Position numbers and translations under genes: made by a program
Assembly (NCBI GenBank): GCA_027460535.1
Contig: JAPZAR010000020.1
Span: 1 to 32,000 of the forward strand
Length of the DNA stretch: 32,000 bases
Origin: Candidatus Methanoperedens sp.
GTDB lineage: Archaea; Halobacteriota; Methanosarcinia; Methanosarcinales; Methanoperedenaceae
Direction: 5' to 3'
The notes under the pieces: model-generated
The model's database searches: none
Seen by the model: the letters and a program-made list of their open reading frames with translations, nothing else
What the model was told of the DNA's origin: nothing
In this document: one piece after another, positions 26,301 through 32,000 of the stretch
Numbering within the stretch: position 1 is the stretch's first letter
Layout of the letters: every line of letters starts with the position of its first letter

Positions 26301-26325
26301 GTGCAATAAATAGTATGATTTTCAT
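23311..26325 (-). CDS. Secreted multidomain protein: M1-family zinc metallopeptidase, a ChaN/Tiki-superfamily (Cofac_haem_bdg) domain, and a C-terminal PDZ domain
   Basis: Signal peptide MKIILFIALLVSGVFISNVAAA. The M1 zinc site is GHEILHQWFGNYV...WIEGLTTY. The usual GxMEN exopeptidase motif is replaced by GYSMP. The ChaN-like segment is IIYIGETHDSYEEHKVQLSIIMNL...FAIGMEMFQKPFQKAIDDY...NIPVVALNL. The PDZ-like segment is VRIVDVENDSVAEKAGLKKDDIFISIDDWKI. Confidence 0.85.
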   Translation of the reverse strand: MKIILFIALLVSGVFISNVAAAENLPFCNLSVSFDISKNLLKGVSTTTLSENREMNISTGNLKITSVMLNGLPLEPQIKEGIFKVKGKGTLEVFFEYKPGEVNANENLQNAGVVSNDIISDEGISLTGIWYPRIDNLAYYHLKALLPEGFSAVSEADGITAENTSRGMEYTSNFPYPLHKINLVAGKYMIRKETYHGVDIYVYFFPGNISHDIIGYLEDISRADTYIEYTKKYMKMYEELIGPYPYKRFSVVENVLPTGYSMPTFTLLGRDVIRLPFIVNTSLGHEILHQWFGNYVYDDFEKGNWIEGLTTYQSDYLYEKQKGEGEQYRKKLLIDYQSYVKPDKETKLADFFQRTDFASEAIGYGKGTMLFHMLNNEIGDDAFYRGLRGLIKEKASQDATWDDVKIAFENASGRNLERFFNQWLYRKGAISINVEDQRVVVLDGVPTTSFKVIQEGEPYEFNLPLKINTDKGEVTKILEIRKENETFEVPSNGTPQEMVFDGDYDLMRRLSEKETPPVISRLLGDEKRLIVIPEKDKEKYEDLINVFKGEGFIAKEEKEIKDEDITASSILVLGSDSPILKRLFGGWKMPGPGFSLAVAENPLNTSKVIAVAEGDSKEEVDLASRKIFHYGQYSLIRFEKGKNVENKTDGTENGIRLSLYEPVLGIQPQKTIKLDEIVRNISDKTIIYIGETHDSYEEHKVQLSIIMNLSEKGHKFAIGMEMFQKPFQKAIDDYIAGNITEKEFLKQTQYFKRWGYDYNLYREIINFAKAKNIPVVALNLRSEIIENVTKGGLDVLTDEEKKQIPKDMDMSDEDYKKSLKEIFDQHGDQGFGNFNYFYQSQILWDETMAHSVDEFLKQNPDYQIVVLAGSGHIMYGSGIPKRAFRLNGKDYATLIQGSESTDEDVGNFVLFPKPIPPLPAVQIGIFLTEADGRVRIVDVENDSVAEKAGLKKDDIFISIDDWKIEGIEDVKISMFDKKEGDTIKVRILRKNLAGEKELEFAITL

Positions 26326-26669
26326 CTTAACCCCCTATGTCAGGTACCTTTCTGGTTGTTACTGTCGACATTATGAATTCATCTTAACATTAAATAAAGT
26401 TTTGTTCAATATAGGAGTTTATAATTCTCACTAATCGGGTAAAGATGCTGATATCAAGGTGCTACATGCACATGAACGCAGCTAAAAGAAGACTGAGCTC
26501 CGCCATGTCTGTCCACTACAAACTGCTTGCCTGATCGCAAGAATTAGAATGAGTCCCGGAATCTCTATAACAGAAACAATCATTATTATTATCGGTCAAA
26601 GCCTCTCGTTTTTCATGAAAACTCTTCACCTATAGATATTAAATATGTGCAATATACCCGACTATCCAT

Positions 26670-27095
26670 CTAAAATACCTTGTAAAGATGTTGGTTCGAT
26701 GAGGATAAACAATTGTCGTAGTGCCTTTTGACCATTAGCCATGATTTCACTCTTGCTCTTAATTCGCCTATGTCTATAGGTTTGCTCATGAAATCATCTG
26801 CACCTGCCTCTATAGCTTTCATCTTATCCTCATTTCCGTCGAGGACTGTTACCATTACAATGGGGATTGCCGCGGTTTTTTTATTGGTTCTAAGCTCTTT
26901 GCAGACCGCATAACCGTTTGTGTTCGGCATCATTATGTCCAGGAGAATAATGTCAGGGAGTATTTTTTCCGCCTTGATTAACCCATCAATCCCGCTCTTT
27001 GCTTTCACAACCTCGTACTCTAACGATAAGATCCCCTCCATGAATTCGATATTCAATGGCTCATCATCCACTACCAGTATTTTCAGTTTATTCAT
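26670..27095 (-). CDS. Stand-alone response regulator receiver (CheY-like REC) protein
   Basis: KILVVDDEP (acidic pocket), ILLDIMMPNTNG (phospho-acceptor Asp), PIVMVTV, and AGADDFMSKP (conserved Lys). It has no output domain and no adjacent histidine kinase. Confidence 0.9.
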   Translation of the reverse strand: MNKLKILVVDDEPLNIEFMEGILSLEYEVVKAKSGIDGLIKAEKILPDIILLDIMMPNTNGYAVCKELRTNKKTAAIPIVMVTVLDGNEDKMKAIEAGADDFMSKPIDIGELRARVKSWLMVKRHYDNCLSSSNQHLYKVF

Positions 27096-27108
27096 ACTAT
27101 TGTTATTT

Positions 27109-27237
27109 TTATATATTTATATGTTTTTTTATGATATCAACCACATGTATTGGTTTTGAGATGTGATCATCCAGGCCAGCTTCGGTGATTCTTTCTTTAT
27201 TTCCCTTCATGGAATACGTTATCAAAGCTATTACTGT
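27109..27237 (-). pseudogene. Decayed fragment encoding the C-terminal third of a receiver domain
   Basis: My minus-strand translation gives TVIALITYSMKGNKERITEAGLDDHISKPIHVVDIIKKHINI*. This matches the beta4-alpha4-beta5 consensus of REC domains (..vIaLTa.....e....aG.ddyl.KPi). It is bounded upstream by a TAA, and no N-terminal half is present. It ends 14 nt before the intact REC gene, in a different frame. Confidence 0.45.
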
Positions 27238-27368
27238 TTAATATACTCTTAATAATTATAAATATATAATGCTTACGCTAAGATTTTTATCGTGAAATAC
27301 TTCATTAGTCACGAAACCGCCTACGACGTATGAGGCCTGAATGTAGTATTTCCAGGGAACATGCGAAA

Positions 27369-27605
27369 TTATTCCCTTTGTGTTTTCTCGATCATATCGC
27401 ACGCTATCTTTGCATTCATAAGATAGTCGTCAACCGAGGAAAGGACCGTACCTATCTTCCCGGATGCGAATGTGACAGTAACTGTATTCTCCCCGATTTC
27501 TGTCCTGATCTCCGAAAGATTATCCGGGGCAAGCGATTTTGCGATCGTATCCACCATTTCATCTGCTCTCTCGCCCTTGAAAACCAATTTTCCCATTATC
27601 TTCAT
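27369..27605 (-). CDS. pcc1: KEOPS complex subunit Pcc1-like protein
   Basis: 78 aa. The pattern ADEMVDTIAKSLAPDN...TVTVTFASGKIGTVLSSVDDYLMNAKIACDMIE fits archaeal Pcc1. The start overlaps the recJ-like stop (ATGA at 27602-27605). Confidence 0.7.
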   Translation of the reverse strand: MKIMGKLVFKGERADEMVDTIAKSLAPDNLSEIRTEIGENTVTVTFASGKIGTVLSSVDDYLMNAKIACDMIEKTQRE

Positions 27606-28921
27606 GCTTTCCCTTTCAACTGTTTTCCGATTATGGAATCAAGGATATCGATGAATTTCATCGCCGTTCCTTTGGGTATTGTGGCACCTGAGGCTACATC
27701 ATGCCCTCCGCCCATACCCCCGACGGATGAGGCCGCTTCGCGCATTCCGGCTGCAAGGTCAAGTCCCGCTGCGACTAATTTTCTTGTTCCCCGGGCTGAG
27801 ATCTTTATCATGTTTTCCACTTCGTTCAATGTCACGAAGGGTTTGTCGGGAAACAAATAGCGTGTCATGGTGCCCGCGATCGCGCCCGTACCGCTTGAAT
27901 CCTCAAGCATGACATACCTCAAATTCTGGCCAGACCTTACATGTGTCTGCGCTTTCCTGATAGTGCTGATAAGAACCCGCTGATTTTCCCTCATAGTCTC
28001 AAGGGCTTCACTGGCAGCCGAAGTATCCCGCATGCAGACAGCCAGACCAAGACCCGCTCTTTCCGCATTTCCACATGCGTTCAGTACATTCACAAGATCA
28101 TACATATTGGATATGACCTCATTATTCAGGATGAAAATCTCCCCTATCAATGACTCTATTGCCGGCAGGCTTCCCTGCCTTGCCAGCTTCAGCGCGATGA
28201 GGGAAGCGAATTTCGTCATTTGCTCATTTGTAAGATCTTTAATCCTTCCACCTACTCCCGCCTCCTCAAGAAATCCCCGGATCTTGTCCTTATCGCCCGT
28301 TATATCCAGAAAAGGATCTATACTGGATTCGAAGAATTCCCCAACCGGGTCGTCTCCCATTCGCAGCCCTTTCCTGACAGATACTATCTTTTTTTCAACT
28401 GCTTCGTCCAGGATGAACTTATTAGCTCCTTTCATGGGCTGTTTATCGCCGGTCGCCCCGGCTATAGCAAGTCCTGCAAGATCGGTATTTTCACCCATCT
28501 CCCTGGCTACCATATAAGCGCCGCATGAGGCGCACAACTCCGATGATCCATCGATCCCCACAAGATGGGGGTTGAGCTGGAGATGTTCCAGTTCACCTGT
28601 GGGTTTATGATGGTCGATAATTATTGCTTCTTTTATCTTTGAAGAAAGTTCTGTCTGGCCGCTCCCCATGTCGCATAAGATGACTGTCCCGGAGGATGTT
28701 TTTTCTATCAACTCGATCGTAGACTGATCAAAATGGCTGACAATCGTGGCATGGAACTGTATCCCGCTCCTGTGCAACGCATTGCACATTATTCCGGCAG
28801 CAGATATGCCATCAGCGTCATTGTGGGAAATGAGCCTCACCGAGTCGAGTTCGGATATGGCAGCTGCCACCTTCTTACTTAATGTCTCAAGCTCAATGAG
28901 GCTCTGCTTTCCATCAATCAT
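27602..28921 (-). CDS. DHH/DHHA1 phosphoesterase, archaeal RecJ/Cdc45-like nuclease
   Basis: DHH motifs SHNDADGISAAG, CDMGSG and IIDHHKP are present, along with the DHHA1 motif GGGHDVASGA. It sits directly downstream of rps15, an arrangement recurrent in Euryarchaeota. Confidence 0.85.
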   Translation of the reverse strand: MIDGKQSLIELETLSKKVAAAISELDSVRLISHNDADGISAAGIMCNALHRSGIQFHATIVSHFDQSTIELIEKTSSGTVILCDMGSGQTELSSKIKEAIIIDHHKPTGELEHLQLNPHLVGIDGSSELCASCGAYMVAREMGENTDLAGLAIAGATGDKQPMKGANKFILDEAVEKKIVSVRKGLRMGDDPVGEFFESSIDPFLDITGDKDKIRGFLEEAGVGGRIKDLTNEQMTKFASLIALKLARQGSLPAIESLIGEIFILNNEVISNMYDLVNVLNACGNAERAGLGLAVCMRDTSAASEALETMRENQRVLISTIRKAQTHVRSGQNLRYVMLEDSSGTGAIAGTMTRYLFPDKPFVTLNEVENMIKISARGTRKLVAAGLDLAAGMREAASSVGGMGGGHDVASGATIPKGTAMKFIDILDSIIGKQLKGKA

Positions 28922-28927
28922 CGCGAC

Positions 28928-29386
28928 TTATCTTGAGATCAACAACTCGGCCCGTTCCATTGAATATTTCCAGTCAGAAGGCAGCACACCTTCCCTGCGA
29001 TAGTATTTTTCAAGCCGCCTTATCTTAGACACCATATTATTGATAGACCGCTTGTTATGTGCATCCTTCGGGTTCCTGTCAAGATGTTTTTTCAGGTCAA
29101 GCACCTTTACGATCAGGTTACGGATATCCTCTGGTACGCTTGGAGCCACATTTTTTTCCTTCATGATGGTAAATATTTTTTTACCGGCCGCAAGATGGAC
29201 ATCAGGAACACCATTGCGATCCCTTAAAATCATTCCGATCTGGCTGGATGTTTTGCCCTGGTTTGCAAGCTGTATTATTGCTTTCTCAATCTCTTCTTTA
29301 TTCGAATTCGACCAGGCGGGCGGTTCTGCCCGATAGGGCTTCTTTGATCCGGACTGCCCTTTTTTGCGTGTATGCATTCTTGCCAA
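28928..29386 (-). CDS. rps15: 30S ribosomal protein uS15 (archaeal S15 / eukaryotic S13 type)
   Basis: (M)ARMHTRKKGQSGSKKPY...PAW at the N-terminus and ...LESKIRRLEKYY-like C-terminal helices. It is 152 aa. The start is TTG at 29386, with GGAGG 7 nt upstream. Confidence 0.95.
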   Translation of the reverse strand: MARMHTRKKGQSGSKKPYRAEPPAWSNSNKEEIEKAIIQLANQGKTSSQIGMILRDRNGVPDVHLAAGKKIFTIMKEKNVAPSVPEDIRNLIVKVLDLKKHLDRNPKDAHNKRSINNMVSKIRRLEKYYRREGVLPSDWKYSMERAELLISR

Positions 29387-29932
29387 TTAATTTCCTCCAA
29401 TAATCATTTATTTCTGTTTTTGTTTGTATTCTATAAAAGCGAAGGCAAATCTTAATGGAGAATGTATATTAAATACCTTTCCAAAAACACATGATAGTTT
29501 TTTAACATAGTAAAAAAAAGACAATCGCTAATTGATTCTCAACGTTATAAATCTTGTGAGTACCTTTCAATTCGTATTGGTAAATGCCCTAAAGTGCAAC
29601 ATTTCTCACTTGATTGACCTAAAAATAACCCATAATAATTTAATACGGGGTTACTATTTATTGTAGTCACGTTTATTACAAGACGGATAGTTTTTTGAAT
29701 CCATTGGTTCTCTTTTAACCTTTGTTACAGTTTTGTAGATGTTCAAAATAGTGCTCCATCAAATGATTAATATGTCCGCCCTGATGATATCGAAGTAATG
29801 GCTTTGCATGCGAATATCTTTTTTCTTGAAGGAAAGCTAATTGAAGCTGAGAAGGGTTTATTGGCTCTGAATCCCAACTATCCTTTGGCATTATATTTAT
29901 AGGGCGCAGTGTAATAATATAGGAGAGCTACA

Positions 29933-31363
29933 ATGAAAAAACAACTTAAAACGAAACAGATAGTTAAGAATTCGTTTGATTGGTTAATTCCAATTATATT
30001 TTTAATATCATTAATAAATTCATTACGTGCAGCATTCTCACAGTATTATCTAATAGGATATGCTGATGATATTGCCCTGACTTTATGGGGTAAAGTTCAT
30101 GGGATATCAATATCAATTCTGATAGACCAGACTGGAACGGGGTATAGACCAATAAGAAATCTTATGTTTGCTATTGGATACACGCTATGGGGTTCTAATA
30201 CTTTCATGTATTATCTGCTTAACGGCATACTATTTGCAGGAGCAATGATATTTTTATATCTAATAGTGAAAATGTTCAGTAATAAATTCGGAGGGGTATG
30301 TGCAGTTCTCCTTTACATTTTCTTAGACGCAAGTTTTATTTTGGTATGGAAAATAAATTTTGTGGTGACTCTGTCTGAGTTATTTTTCATGATGGCAAGT
30401 TTATATTATTCATTTCGGTTCTATGAAAGTCATAACCGCAATCATTTGCTATTATCTTTCGTAATTGGAATCCTTGCATTCATGTCAAAAGAACCGTCTA
30501 TTATCATAATACCAATAGTAAACTTGCTATATCTGATTAGTAAATCAGAACATGTGAACAAACCACATAGAAACATAATCATCGGTTTTTATATTCTAAT
30601 TCCTTTCATATTTTTAGTAATAATGCTGGTCAAAGCTCCTGAAGTCGGAGGGCATCCTACAATCGATATGTTTAAAGAAAAATTATTTTTCTATATCGAC
30701 CAAGAAGCAACATGGCAATTAAAGAATATTTATTTATTTGGGTTTGTTTTATTATTTAGTCTAATAAAAATAAAGGATGTTCGATATCAGATAGGATTGA
30801 TATGGGTTGCAATTGGGATTACTTTAAATTCACTATCTACTCAAATTGTGCAACCAACCTATTTAGCTGAAGCAAATCTTGGATTTGTTTTTTTGTTTGG
30901 AATAATCATTAGCAGTATAAGGGCAGAACATAAATTGGTTCAAATCATCTTTGCGGCAATAATAATATTACAACTTGTTGCGATTCCCCAAGAAATAGCC
31001 AATACAAATAATTATCAAGAGAATGCAGCATCTTCGCAAACAGTCGTAAAAGAAATTGTAGTGTATTTAAAATCTAATATGAAAGAAAATGCAACTATAT
31101 TTTATATTCCGTCTGATGTTAGAAGTAAATACGGTGAACAAATAGATGCAATATACTTCCAAGACTTATTGTGCCTTGAGAATAGATGTGACATTAATGT
31201 GAAGTTATTATCCAATAATACTAATAACGGTTACATTGTTTTGATAAGTAATCTGGACGTATATGTGTTTGTAAATGAATATAAAGAAATTATTTCGAGA
31301 AAAATATCCTCTCAGAAAGAATTTAAAATAGGACAAAATGTAGGATATGTATTACAAATATGA
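29933..31363 (+). CDS. Polytopic membrane protein, possibly a GT-C fold glycosyltransferase (ArnT/PMT-like)
   Basis: 476 aa with about 11 predicted hydrophobic helices. An acidic GYADD motif sits in the first extracytoplasmic loop after TM1, as in GT-C enzymes. A soluble C-terminal domain of about 110 aa follows. GGAGAG sits 6 nt upstream of the ATG. The functional assignment is tentative. Confidence 0.65.
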   Translation: MKKQLKTKQIVKNSFDWLIPIIFLISLINSLRAAFSQYYLIGYADDIALTLWGKVHGISISILIDQTGTGYRPIRNLMFAIGYTLWGSNTFMYYLLNGILFAGAMIFLYLIVKMFSNKFGGVCAVLLYIFLDASFILVWKINFVVTLSELFFMMASLYYSFRFYESHNRNHLLLSFVIGILAFMSKEPSIIIIPIVNLLYLISKSEHVNKPHRNIIIGFYILIPFIFLVIMLVKAPEVGGHPTIDMFKEKLFFYIDQEATWQLKNIYLFGFVLLFSLIKIKDVRYQIGLIWVAIGITLNSLSTQIVQPTYLAEANLGFVFLFGIIISSIRAEHKLVQIIFAAIIILQLVAIPQEIANTNNYQENAASSQTVVKEIVVYLKSNMKENATIFYIPSDVRSKYGEQIDAIYFQDLLCLENRCDINVKLLSNNTNNGYIVLISNLDVYVFVNEYKEIISRKISSQKEFKIGQNVGYVLQI

Positions 31364-31406
31364 TTCTACCTTGGAAACGAAGTTATTAAAATCCATCTCC
31401 CGATAT

Positions 31407-31538
31407 TGGCGGCCGCCCAGAGGGTTCGGGCATAGCCCGAATCTGCCTGCAGGCGGACGGCGTCCTTAGTGCGTGGGTTGGGCGACAGTCCCTGCGCTGC
31501 GCGCTTCCTGCCGTCCAGTGCTCGCTGCGGTGGTGACC
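31407..31538. other. GC-rich, highly self-complementary island. It is a candidate structured ncRNA or an inserted element of unknown class.
   Basis: I count 93 of 132 nt as G/C by hand (~70%), against AT-rich flanks. A hairpin spans 31418-31445 (CAGA ggg TTCGGGC ata GCCCGAA TCTG). Palindromes GGCGGCCGCC (31408-31417) and CCTGCAGG (31446-31453) are present. A long-range complement pairs GGACGGC (31455-31461) with GCCGTCC (31510-31516). I found no tRNA cloverleaf, C/D, H/ACA, RNase P or SRP signature. Confidence 0.3.
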
Positions 31539-32000
31539 TGAAAATCAATACAGATATTATATTGATACGGCGCGTAAGGTCTTACAATCCTCCTATCAAG
31601 AGGTGTGATAAGCAAATTTAATTGTCGGGCAATGTCCTCAATTTTTTTCAGTATCCCATCGAACAGGTCGTCTTCATGCGAGATCGCATAGAAATGAATG
31701 ATCCCGCCGTTTTTTATTGCCTGGAGCGCAGCCTCCAGGAACTCAAGTCCGCTGTGAGGCAGGTTCATAATGATATGATCGGAACCGGAAATCCCTTTAA
31801 CGGCCTCTTTCGCCTCACCTTCTCTTATTTCAACATTCCCGATTTTGTTAAGTTTAATGTTTTTTTTTAGATATTTGATCGCATCAGGATTTTTATCAAT
31901 TGCGATAACATGCGAGGCTGGGTTTCTTTTCGCGATCAGGATACTGAATGGCCCGACACCGGCGAACATATCCACGACCAGATCTCCGTCCTTTACCTGG
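31466..32000 (-). CDS. trm5: tRNA (guanine37-N1)-methyltransferase Trm5/Taw2-family class I SAM methyltransferase. The 5' end lies outside the window.
   Basis: The frame stays open upstream of the listed GTG to nt 32000 (QVKDGDLVVDMFAGVGPFSI is the SAM-binding motif). NLPHSGLEFL (the NLP motif) and a ...YNICIDFQV terminal strand are present. The last 22 codons (TTAASTGRQEARSAGTVAQPTH) are encoded by the GC-rich island and are probably not native. Confidence 0.8.
   Translation of the reverse strand, partial: QVKDGDLVVDMFAGVGPFSILIAKRNPASHVIAIDKNPDAIKYLKKNIKLNKIGNVEIREGEAKEAVKGISGSDHIIMNLPHSGLEFLEAALQAIKNGGIIHFYAISHEDDLFDGILKKIEDIARQLNLLITPLDRRIVRPYAPYQYNICIDFQVTTAASTGRQEARSAGTVAQPTH

Noticed and set aside
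29798-29902. A 34-codon ORF (MALHANIFFLEGKLIEAEKGLLALNPNYPLALYL) with a faint TPR-like pattern upstream of the membrane-protein gene
   Set aside because: It is too short and the similarity too weak to call a gene or a relic, and it has no RBS. I note it only as possible debris within the AT-rich segment.
31407-31538. A tRNA, possibly intron-containing, in the GC-rich island
   Set aside because: Neither strand gives a 7-bp acceptor stem pairing with the 3' end, a GTTCRANYC T-loop (the candidate GGTTCGGGC lacks A58), or a D-arm. The ...GGCGGCCGCCA end is just part of a palindrome.
31366-31548. A 60-aa minus-strand ORF (MIFRSPPQRALDGRKRAAQGL...)
   Set aside because: It is produced entirely by the GC-rich island, where stop codons are rare in GC-rich sequence. 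Its Arg/Ala/Pro-rich composition is typical of spurious ORFs.
1-32000. A search for CRISPR arrays, rRNA genes, transposases or integrases, and long terminal or inverted repeats
   Set aside because: I saw no regularly spaced direct repeats with unique spacers, no rRNA-like conserved blocks, and no DDE, serine or tyrosine recombinase-like ORFs. The only repeats found are the 51-bp and 24-nt tandem repeats and the paralogue identity patches reported above.

Overview
This looks like an archaeal chromosomal window. By inference it is a Methanosarcinales/ANME-like euryarchaeon: it has an archaeal-type uS15, KEOPS Pcc1, Trm5, a RecJ/Cdc45-like DHH protein, a bacterial-type mutS and many multihaem cytochromes. 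Base composition is visibly mosaic.

**Left third (1.4-10.4 kb, minus strand).** This is an accessory cluster of four secreted c-type cytochromes.
- Three are paralogous octahaems of 670, 610 and 473 aa, each with C-terminal IPT/Ig-like domains.
- The fourth is a 465-aa tetrahaem.
- A secreted subtilisin (S8) protease sits between the 473-aa octahaem and the tetrahaem and is translationally coupled to both.
- Upstream is a small winged-helix regulator gene, flanked by ATGTATAT boxes and a 51-bp tandem repeat.

**Middle.** An ABC-2 exporter (ATPase plus permease), mutS, and an ATPase-less pair of ABC-2-like permeases. One of these carries a CPBP/CAAX-protease-like C-terminus.

**Right third.**
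- A protease-rich surface block: a C1 peptidase deletion relic, a signal-less C11 clostripain-like peptidase with an 81-aa partner ORF, a DUF2341 surface protein, and a 1004-aa M1 peptidase-ChaN-PDZ fusion.
- An orphan receiver domain next to a decayed receiver fragment.
- The conserved rps15/recJ-like/pcc1 operon.
- An AT-rich GT-C-like membrane protein.
- A 132-nt, ~70% GC, highly self-complementary island fused onto the 3' end of trm5.

I found no rRNA, tRNA, CRISPR array or transposase.

**Lead candidate for a novel system.** The octahaem-subtilisin-tetrahaem operon may be an archaeal analogue of protease-matured extracellular cytochrome (nanowire-type) systems. This is inference from architecture only, not demonstrated homology.
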